Of a stretch of 64,000 nucleotides of DNA, positions 30,301 to 42,300 are shown in pieces. The translations under genes were made by a program, and so were the position numbers. Position 1 is the stretch's first letter, and each line of letters opens with the position of its first letter. Below the pieces are notes generated by a model. The model saw nothing but the letters and a program-made list of their open reading frames with translations, ran no database searches and had not been told where the DNA came from. The stretch comes from Gordius albopunctatus (taxonomy: Eukaryota): contig OZ193909.1 in the NCBI GenBank assembly GCA_964276515.1, positions 6,696,001 to 6,760,000 on the forward strand. Reading direction: 5' to 3'.

Positions 30301-33300
30301 AGTTTGTTTGATTCAAATGGGGAATCATGACTTAAAATCTAAGGGAACCTCCGTTTTATAATAAACTTTAGATGCGGTATTCCATATTTAGAGTATGAAA
30401 GAGGGAATTAAAATTTACTTTTCAGATCAAATTTGTATTACAAATTTAATTTTCTTATTTATCGATGCTAATTTATTTATGGGTCGCCGCTTAAGTTGTT
30501 AAAATGTTAAAATAACACGATATTTGTAACTTTGACTTTTTCCCTCAGTGCCACCGTCGATTCCACAAGGCCCTGTCACACTTAATTACGTTAGACCGGG
30601 CATATTTTCTCTATCCTGGAATCAACCAGAAGACGATGGAGGAGCTTCAATAACATCGTACGCTGTTGAGAGTAGATATGTTGATACTGGCGTCGTGGAT
30701 AGGGACGAGACAGAATCTTCACTAGATGATGAATCTTACTGTTTCGACCCCAATGGACCCTGGGTTGTTGTTAATGATTTAGACGATTTGGAATATCCTA
30801 TTCGCTATGGACAGGATGAAAAACCGGCTCTCAAAACATACGTGAACTTTCATTATTTATCCTTAATTCCCAGGGAGCATGCTAGACCCATTCCAGTTCC
30901 GGCTGAATTGTTATCGCTCCCCCTACCTCCTACCCTAAAATTTTGGTTTAGGATTCGAGCAATTAATGCCAACGGGTACTCTCAGCCACTATCTAACGTC
31001 ACGCCCATGTCTATAGATTACAAATACGGTAAATGAGTGAAATAATTTATACCATTGAATATTTGATTAGATGGCATGTGCATATATCTCTTATCAACCC
31101 CCTTTTCAATAATTCAAGAATCGTGATTTATAGTATTTCCAATAAGTTATAAAAAAATGATATATGTACTTTATAGATAAAAGTTTTTGAAATAATTTTC
31201 ATAGTATTGTAGGAATTTATTCTGACAATGACTGTTGATTTGGTCTGTAAATAATACGTATAGAACTTTAGGCTAGCCAAGGGGGAGGGGGATTTTCTCC
31301 CCCACCCTTAGTAAAAATTAAAAAAATTAAATAATAAATGAATTATTAAATAAATTAAGAATATTTATAGCTGCATAAAGGAATAAGACACTTATAAATA
31401 CTCTAAAGGTTACATTTTCGGCACAAAAGCTTTTAATCATTAATTTCCATTTTTCAAAACACTTGTTTGCTTGCCCAAAAAAATTTGGTTGAGCATCTTC
31501 CCCACAAGATTAATAGGCCCTCTCACACCTAAGTAGTTTTAAATTATAGGGGTATTTCTATTCGGCAATCTGTTTCTGTCATCTGCATACTTCATTTCCC
31601 TTTTATATTTTAATACATTTTCAGCAATACTTCCTTACGATGCAAATAATTTCAGAACAAGGATTGTGACATTTAACAGGGGATTCAACTAGCAGATACT
31701 TTGCAAATCATATAAAATTTATAAGAAAGAGTGTTGACGAACAAGTTTTTTTATTAGCAAAAGCTAATTTGATTTAGATATTAAATCTAAACCTAGATTT
31801 GCTAAGAGATATAGTTTTCATACTAATGTTTTTATTTCCATTGAGGTTTATTTAAATTAACAAATTTATCTTTTTGATTGAATCCTTCATTATACAAGTT
31901 AATGAACGGTTTTTGATAAAAAAATAAGTTCTAACTAATGAAATATTGTTTCCGCAAGATCCGTCAATTATTTTGCTAACTCAGGAAATTTTTTGCTGAA
32001 TTTTACTGAAGTAATTTTAAATGGCACACATCAACTAAAATAAATGTTTTATGGTAGGCTTGTCTCAAACTTAAGAGACAAGTGGTCCCAAGAATGCTCT
32101 CGCCACCCCAACAGCTTACATAATGTTATAAACGCCAGTAATAACGTAGCGGCGCTATAAATATACGTTTTTTTTCTGAAATATCAAATAGTATGTCTAC
32201 ATAAAATTAATTGGCATTATTAACTATTCATCGGACTTTGGGTGAATTTTTAAATAGAAAATCGCTGAGCAAAATAAATTAACCTTATTTTTCATAACGT
32301 TTTGCAATTTATGGACAGAATTCATATTTTATAAGTCAGATTTGTTAAAAAGATTTGCCCGAACCCCCCCCCCCCTCCCCAGGTCCGATTTTATAATAAA
32401 CCCTTCCAAGAGTTCACCCGCCTATGTCCGACTCATTAAAACTGCCCGGTCCAAATAATAATTTTTAAAACTTTTACAGTAGTTGTTATATTTCCGAAAA
32501 ATTATAGATTTAATACTTGTTTTTTAAGGTAAAAAACACGATTAATAAATATTATACAATCAAATAAAAGGATGACAACATAATACACAAAACAATGTAA
32601 TACTCTATATAGAAAATCTTATTAGGCCCCAATGCCTCAAATCTTGTTAAGGTGCACTCCAAGGTTCGCCAGAAAATCTAATTTTACAACAACGCCCCAG
32701 CCCGGCTCGTGGGACAAACGGGCCAGACTTTTATCATCTCTCATCTTTATTATATTAGCAATAAAACTGATAAAAAATGCCACCTTGAGAAAATCCTGGC
32801 TATGCGCCTGGTTAAGAACAAGTTCGAAATGGCAAATACTTCTTGCAAAAATATAATAGGGTTTGACTTGTGTCGGCTGCATAAGGAATATTGAGTGTAA
32901 TAAACAATTAATAGGTGGTGTATACCATAACATTTTAATGCTAAAACATTGATGGAACATTTATACCTTAGAGAGGGATCATAAGGAATTTGGTCTTCAA
33001 ATTTTACTTTTACAAGCATCAATAAGGCTAGTAGCCATTATTTTAAAATATGAATTTACAATCGCTCTACAGACCTTTACCCACCGCTACTAAAACCGAT
33101 CATTGAAGAAGGCTCGCACGACTACGTCAAAATCAATTGGAGTGAACCCCAAAAAGATGGAACACATCCCCTTTTAGGCTATGACGTTGAAAGGATGGAA
33201 ATTTTTATAGATCCTCTGGAACAACCTGTTGATTTTGCCTCTTCTGTATTTAATAGTTCTGATCTAGGGGGCGGTTGGGTATTACTCAACTCTAGCGGAT

Positions 33301-36300
33301 TTATAAAGAAAGCTTTAACCTATTATGACAGAACCGTAACGCCGGGGGCTACTTATATTTATCGAGTTTTTGCCGTTAATTTACAGGGCCGTAGTTTACC
33401 CAGTCCACCTAGCGACCCAGTTACTGCAGGTTATCTAAAATTTACGCCCGAGTTCGAGCTTACCCCGGATTTTCCAGACGTAGTCAAGGCCAAAGTTGAT
33501 TCCTGCTTTGATTTTAACGTGATTTATCGTGGATATCCCAAACCCACTGGTAAAGATCATTAATTTATCCGCTAATATTTGCTCATCGTCTTTTTAGTGA
33601 AAATTAGCAAAGATGGCGAATGGATCACTAAGTGTAATTCGTTATCCTGGTTCCTAGGGGATTCTAATCTCAAACTTACATTCCCCTGCTTTACCAAGAA
33701 GGACGCTGGGCGATATAAGCTCGTACTTGATAATGAATGTGGATCTACTAAAATGGAAATAGTCATGGATGTCTTAGGTAATCTCAGTCCTAGACAAATT
33801 TAATGTTAAGCCTGTGTTTATATATAAACGTTTTAAATTAAATATATAAAACATTTTTATACTTGTTAAGGCGGGCCACCACAACCTCGGGGGCCTATAT
33901 GTATTGATATTTACGAAAATAACGTGACTCTGGAGTGGCGAGCACCGAAGGAGTTAATCGACGAAATTGATTGTAAATAAAAAAATATTTTAAGCGTGTT
34001 TTTATCACGTGAAATATTTAGTGTTTTTACTACCGTTTGCCACTATTATATTTTAATGCTAAACAACGACCCCACATATTGTGTAGGTTACATTATCGAA
34101 CAATACGATATGGAGGATATCAAAGCTTGGTGCCCCGCAAATACGATTGACCACGTTATACAGGGCCCCACTGCCAAATCCCAGACTACAGTCCTAGATT
34201 TGTGCTACGGGAACAAATACAAATTTGCCATTCGTGCTAAAAGTCCGTTCGGCTTAAGTGAACCTCTCATAAGTCAAGTGGTGAAAATCCCTACCCAAAA
34301 AAAGGTACCAGGACCTCCGGAAAGTTTAATAGTTTTGGATCAATCTTCAACCAGCATACGTCTAGGCTGGTCTCCCCCTACTTTACAAGGGAATCATGAT
34401 GGCATTATAGGTAACTTTAAAAGTCCAAACTCCAAATTATAAATCCTTTCTTACAATAGGAAAAAATAAAACTGGGTTTGTCATCGTATAAGTTGCGCTT
34501 TGTTAAGAATGTTTATGCCAGGCGCCTGGGTATTTACCGTTGGGCTAGGGGAAAAAATGAATTCGATACATCTGATTACCTTAAACTAACTCTTTAATTA
34601 TTTAGGTAGGAGAATTTGAATAATATTTGTAGTCGAAAACTAAATAATTTTTTAAGAATCAGATAATTAAAGCTTGTTAAGACCAATTATTATTTCTTAT
34701 AATTTTTAAAATTATTGGGAGATTATCTAACCTCACCAATTTACGAGTTGTGCACCATATGAGCCGAGGCATAGGCGTAGCCAGGATTGAATATAGAGGG
34801 GGGCAATAATCATTTAGGGAGAGGAAAAATGTTAATTTTTGAAAATTTTAGCCATAATTTTAATAAATTTTAACAAATTTTTGGATTTAGAGGAGGGCAG
34901 GTATAAGGAGGGGCAGCATACCGTATTTAAAAAAATTTAATTTCATACCTTTATCCTTATTTCATACCCTAAATTATTACTTTTTCATTACAGATTCCTC
35001 ACAAATAAAACTTTTGTTAATTTGGATAACTTTTTCAGGATACATGATTGAGAAACAGATGTACGAAGGCTTTTGCGAACCCATGTACTCTGGCTACGTT
35101 GACGATGACGAAGTCGACATCGATTATCCGTTTGTAGAAATTATCGAAACGGGTAAATGGTATCCGATCAACCATTATCCCGATCCTTTATGCCAAAAAT
35201 TAATTCCTAATCTCACCAGTGGTGACAAAATAAGATTCAGGGTAGCGGCCGTGAATAAAATAGGAGCAGGGTCTTTCTGCCAGCCTACAGACTTTATCAC
35301 AGTGGGGGACAAACCCAGTAAGCTAATTTCTTTAAAAGAATATAATACCTTTAAATGGATATTTATATTATTTCTACTTGTAAAAAATGCCTTATGATTT
35401 GGTTAATAATAATTTAAGTTAAAGACAGCTTGGTCAAGTACTTTAGGGTATTTAACTTAGCTATAATACATCATAAAAAACATAACGCTTTAAGCATTCC
35501 AATCATATTGTTATTTACAAATTTATATGTAGGACTACTGAATCTTTTTTTAATTTACATCCCAATTATAAAATGCAACTCTCTAATTTACAATACTAAG
35601 TATTATAAATGTTAAAGAGAGCGATAATATATGGCAAAATAAATATATTAATTGGAAAATAATATAAATTTCACATTTCAATACCCTCAATATATAATTG
35701 AAATAACAGGATTATAGTTAGAGCCGAATAAAGTCAATAACTGGCTAATGCATGGGGGCCTACTGCCCCCTTCTAAATCCAAAAATCTTCAAAATTTAAT
35801 ATAATTTTGGCTAAAATTACTGAAAAATATCATTTTGCCCCTCCCTAAATCATTATTGTTCCCCTCTATATCCAATCCTGGCTAGGCCCATGGGCTATTC
35901 CCAAAATTTTAAACTTTTAAATACTTTATAAATTATTCACACCATAATAACTACATTTTGTGTATAATGTCTTTGGAATATCATTATAATAAGCATGATA
36001 GTTTTAATTGTATAAATGTGATTATACATTTTATATATTATTATAACAGAACCACCGTCGGCTCCTCGAGGTTTTGTCGTCATGGCAACGTCTGAGCCAG
36101 GAGTTTTTGATGTCAAATGGTCACCGCCACTTGACGATGGCAACAGTCCTATATTTAATTACGTCCTGGAAAGTATTTTCTGCGACGACGAGACAGAACC
36201 CAGGAGTGAACAACGTTGGCAAACTTTAGTGGAACCATTTATTTCGCATTCGGGCCCGACTAGTTGTTCGATCGACACTAGACGAATATTGGAAAAAGAA

Positions 36301-39300
36301 TCGTCGGGACTTAATTATAGAGGGAGGGTTGGTATGGAATTGAGGGTTAGGGCACGTAATTCAGAAGGACTCGGTGATGCAACTATCCCCATAAATATTG
36401 AAACCGCTATGGGTGGAACTAAAAGTAATACGAAATTAATTATTTTATTTTTTAAATGCGTCCTTTATAGCTATTTAAAGTATTTTTTAATGAGAGATAT
36501 ATTCAAAATTAGTAATAAAGTATTAAATAATAAAGATATATAATCTTGTATATGAGTTTAAAAGTTATTAGTAAAAGTGAAACGAAGTGCATTTTTTGGC
36601 CCAAATTACAAATTTTTAATATTATGGTGCGGAACCTTTTAAATATGTCGGTTAACTAAATTATATAAAAGTTATAAAGGCGCCCTGTCACTTAAATGCA
36701 TTTACCGTGTAATTTTTGGATCGTTCCTTTGATGTATGTGCTTTATGTATTTTTACTCTTATTAAAGCGCTTCCCAAAATCGATCAACTCATTCATCCCG
36801 AATATATAATGAATAGCGGACAAGTTTTTAGATTGGACATACCCTACACTTGTTTACAAGAATGTTCTGTCGAGTGGAAGAAAGACGGAATATCATTATT
36901 TGGTGTAGATGACAAGATAAAAATCATGGTAATATTTTGTCAAAATTCATCGTTTTTTATAAAATTGGAATTATATGAACTATTACAAAGTTTTGTCCCC
37001 GATATTGTTAAATAAATTTTTTGATTTTTCACATAGTTATAAACTAAATATTAATGTATTTTATTTGTTTAATAAATCCACAATTCTAGCGTGAGCCTCA
37101 TTTTACTTCGCTTGCACTCGCCGACATTGATTCAAGCGATAGTGGATTTTACTCTATTATTGTTGGGAATGAATACGGATCGACTGAATCTTGCTTTAGG
37201 TTGAAAGTCAATGATAGACCGTTCAAACCGTATGACGTCATATGTAAAGGTAACGCCATAACAAAACTTGCCAATAAAAGGTTTTTATTGACAATTTTTG
37301 TATCTTTATACGTTTAGAGTGCAACGGGGAATCAGCTATTATAACGTGGCGCAATAATAAAAACAATGCCGGTACGGAAACATTTAACGTTGATATTAAG
37401 AACACTGCCAATTTGTGTTGGGAAAATGTAGGGCACCATTTGACCCAGTCCAAAATCAAAGTAAATGCGAATTATGTGTATGATGATAACGATGTTTTAA
37501 TGGCTAGATCGCAGATTTGACCTTGGGGGAAGAATATCAAGTTCGGGTTTGTGCAGAAAATATTTATGGTACCAGTGATTATGGAGAAATTATGACACCC
37601 TTTGTAGCTAAGTTCCCTTTTGTGGTGCCCAGTGCTCCAGGTATACCGTACGTATGGGAATTGGGACCCGATTTCGTTATACTGAAATGGTCGGTACCGC
37701 ATAAAGATGGTGGCAGCAATATTTTAGGTATTAATTTAAAATGATTTTAATTATATTATTCATTTTTATCATAATCTTTGTTTAAATATCCAAATACAAT
37801 GCCTGATTTGGAATAGACATATCTTACTTAAATACTAGTAACCATTAAGTTCCACAGAACTTTAAGCATTTATTTTTAGAAAAAATTTTGATTGCTTTAA
37901 TAATATCAAAGGTTATCGCGTTGAACAATGTGATGAAGGCGGAGAAGAGATTTGGACATGTCCTTTCAGTAAATACCGAGCCGACGAATATGGACCGGAT
38001 ACTTCTGCATTTATAACAGGTTTGATACCCGGTCTCGGGTATAAATTTCGAGTTGCCGCTTATAATTTAGCCGGCGAAGGGGCAATGTCCCAAACATCAG
38101 ATATTATAGTTCCCGCTATGCCTCCAAGTAAGAACCAAAAATGTTTGTATTGCAAATTTCATTTTTTCCTTAAAATTATTAATAAAAGAAAATTGTTTAA
38201 TGGTGTCTTCGGAGTGACAAAGAAAGTGGGATTAAAGGTTTTCCAGTAGTTTTATTTATGAAACAATAGCCTGGTGATTGGTAGGGAGTAAATTCTTGAT
38301 AAAATGGGCCTTTGGACCGAATTATTGGAACACCTTTCCTCGCACTTTCTATACCAATCGGACAAGACCATTAATTAAAACCAACTATACAATGGATTAG
38401 ACATTTCTAATTTTATTATTAATAAAGGTTCATTTTACATTTTTTCATTTTTTATTAAGTGGCTCCTCAAATACCTTATCACTTGATTGAAAAAGAAATT
38501 GTGGCATTTGTCGGTAATGACATTCATATAAATGTTCCATATCAAGCCTATCCTAAGCCGTTGGCCATCTGGACAAAGGTAATTATTTCAAATTAATTAA
38601 ATTTTCATTTGAAATCAATTTTTCATTTTGTAATAAATGGTAAATTTTTTATGTAGTATACATGTTTGCGCACCATTATTACTATTGAAATTGGTAGAGG
38701 TGTGACTCTTGTGATCCTAAATTTAGCAAAAACTCTATAATATTTGCGGCTAATTTATATTTAACATCTATTTATAAGGGTAATTTGGACATCCCAATGG
38801 GTTTCGGCAGCAAATTTATGTTTCTGAACGAGGATGGGCAATCAACCCAATTACTCATACCCCACGTTGATTTAGCCGATGCTGGGACATATAACCTGAC
38901 AGTGCGTAACGAGAAAGGTTTCGATAACTTATCCATAAAGCTCAAAGTAGTTGGTCCCCCGAGTTCACCCATAGGCCCATTAAAAGTAATCGCCCAAAAT
39001 CAAAGTAGCGTACGATTATCTTGGCATTCACCAATTGACGATGGGAACTTAAGCATATTGGCATACGAAACCGAGTTTCGTAGGGTAGGCACCGTGCGTG
39101 TAGATGAAGAAGGAATTGCTTTGGCGGATAATTATACCAATACTCCCTGGTTGCAAGCCCAAGAATTTACCAACTTAAATCGGTAAACTTTTTATTAATA
39201 GTTACCTTGATGTAATGCTCAATTGTGAAGAGCCATTTAAATGTAAAATGATTTGTATACTGAACGGATTGAAAAGCTTTTCTAAATGTTAGGGCAGACA

Positions 39301-42300
39301 ATTATTAGATCAAATAAGAAAATTTGTTTTTTTTTCACTAGGCTTAATTATAAAATTAATTTATTTGGATTAAATAGACCATCAGATTTATAATTATTTG
39401 ATAAAATATTAGGGTTGTTTTGAATAATTTGGAAGAGGATGCCACATACATGTTCCGAGTAAGGGCTGTCAATAAATATGGCAGTAGCGAACCCTTAGAA
39501 ACTTTGGGACCATTTACCCTGCACATTCATTATGGTAATTGTCCTTATTATAATGCAAATATTCAAAAAAATAAAATTTTAAAATATTATTAGTAAAACA
39601 CGGGATAGAGAAAATAAATCCTATGAAGTTGATGATGAGTGCATATAGGATTGAATTAATAAACAAAAGTATATTTTAAGTTTTTGTTGGAATCTTAGAT
39701 AAACCCGGAGCCCCTGGACAACCCACAGCCATTTATATAGACGACGATTCTATTCATCTTAAATGGTCACCCTGTACCGATGATTGTGGAAATTTGATAG
39801 AAGAATATGCTTTAGAATATTTGGAAGAAGGAAACTGGACGCGATATTACGAGGGAGGAAATCTCAATTCATTTTTGAACTCAACTCATATTATAGGTAA
39901 AATTAATTAAATTTTTGGGTTTAATTTGCTTTAATCTCTAAATTTATATTATTATGGGCTTTTTCATAACAAAATTTTCCAAAATATATTCCCCCCCCCT
40001 GTTATCATGTTCTTTAGGATTCTTAATAATAAGATTTAAATGTTAGCTAAATATTTATGACCAAAAAATAAAACCTTAACATCTAAATCGTACATATCTA
40101 TTCTAATGTCAGTGCGTGATTTGGAACCGTTCAGGAAATACGAATTTAGGGTTAAGGGCAAAAATGCGGGAGGGTGGAGCGAGTATGGCCCTACCTCAGA
40201 ACCGATACAGTTAACATCCCGTATTAGATTACCAGGGAGAGCTAGTCCCCCAGACATTTTAAACGTTGGAAATAATTTTGTCGAACTGCTGTGGAAACCT
40301 CCGATAGACGATGGTGGTGATCCAGCTGTTGGTAAACAAAGACTTTGTGTTTGAAATTTCAATTTTTATATAAGAAGAAATGTAGGATAGGACTTTATAA
40401 AAAGTATAGCAATGACGCAGAATATTGTAGAGAAACACAAACAAGTTTAGGTGGGCCTTCCAAAATTGGAGAATATTCTTTTAGATCACAAAGCTCTTAC
40501 CGATTTATAAAGCCGTCTCACAATATTTAAGAGTTACGTTCAGTCTTTGTAGCCATTTTGTAGCATAAAACCATTAATATTTGCAAAATAGACATCTTTG
40601 TCTGACTGATGTAATGGATTTTCCTAAACAATTTTTGAAAATTTCAAGCATTAACAGTTTGCGAGTGCAATTTAATGTATGTATAATATTTTCATCTATT
40701 TTAGAATACACGCTCGAATATAAAGAATGTGGCTCAGAGTGTTGGATTACGGCAGCCGATAGGATCAGAAGAAATCGGTACATGGTGGGAGATTTGAAAG
40801 AGGGAAAACGCTACGAATTTCGCCTCATCCTCTCGAATTTAGCTGGTAAGGGTGTAGCCGGCTTTCCTACTCCCATAGTCAAATTACATTCTTGGGCCAA
40901 CGGCATGCCCGAAGAAAAGCCCAGGGTTATAAGATCATTAATGGACGCTACTTATGCTTTGGGTGCCACATTAAATCTAGAATGTCAAATTTCGGCTAAC
41001 CCTGTCACAAAAATAAAATGGTAAAATATTTTTCAAACAACTGCTAAATTCCAATTTTTTTTATACGTCATAATTAACAGGATCAAAAATGGGATTGAAG
41101 TTAAAGGTGATATGAGATTAAAGATCTTGGAACCAGCTCCCGGATTCTATTCGTTGTTTATTACGAAAGCTGATGAAAGCGATAAGGGCAAATATACAAT
41201 TACACTACAAAATGATTTGGGCATTATATCTTCAAGCGCATATGCCACTTTTATAAGTATGCTTCTAATTCATAATTTAAGCTCCTCTTGTAATACTGCA
41301 AATTTTTTTAATTTATTGTTTGATTTTATTCTGCTATCATTGTTTCACATATTAACATGCTACTTGCTACCTCAGTAGTAAATTTGGCAGTCTTACGAAC
41401 GACGGTAAGATCAATATTGTCCATATCAAAAAATGTGGGTCTTTTAAATGAATTATCTATATTAGTCTTTTGAAGGACTTTGTTATAAAAGGCTTAGCTT
41501 TTTTATTTTAACTAACAAGGCATTCTTTAATGATCATTCTACAGTTCCACCAACCTTTATCGAAGTTCCAAAGAGTGTGACAACTTTCAAAGAGGGTCGC
41601 ATAGGAAAGTTTAAGGCTACGGTAGACGGTACGGGTCCTTTCCACTTCCAAGTCTTTAAAAATGGGTCGTCTTTGGCCTGTAGCGAAGGGTGGAACGAAC
41701 AAGAAGCGCAACAAAATATCAGAAATACAGCTGCGTCTGAAGACCAAGACGCATTTGACGATAGACCATGTTCTAGGTTCAGCAATTCCCGTCTATCTTT
41801 GGGTAATTTTTTAAAGGGGAAGAGAGACACCTTGATTATTAAATTTGTTGGTTTGCTAAGACTTTAATAATAATTAGTTTTACGTGCTTGAGAATTTTAC
41901 CATACGTGATTTCAAAAATATAACATATTACTAATATTTAATAATAGGGCGATATAAACTTTGCCGAACGTTTTGGTCTTAAAAAAATTCATAGTCCATA
42001 TATCATCCCTCCAATGTTAACACGCATGCAATTTTCGAAGTGAATGTTAAGTTTTAAAAATTTTGAATAGGGCAAATAATAACTGTTTGAGTTTATCTTT
42101 ACCACGTTAAAATTATATTTATTATGCAACCAAGGGCAATTCAAACACATTGATATTAACTACTGATATAATCTCAAAAAATTATTGATAGCTACTAAAA
42201 AATAACTTTTCAGGTAGGACATCGAGCAATGGAAGGGATAGTAGATGTAGTACCTCTAGCACTGTTTACTCTGATTCTATTACAACAATTGAGAAAATTA

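Noticed and set aside
31430..32000. Highly decayed hAT transposase fragment on the minus strand (FAKYLL..., DDRNRL-like words)
   Set aside because: Too many stops and frameshifts to support by eye; it needs a tBLASTn or HMM search.
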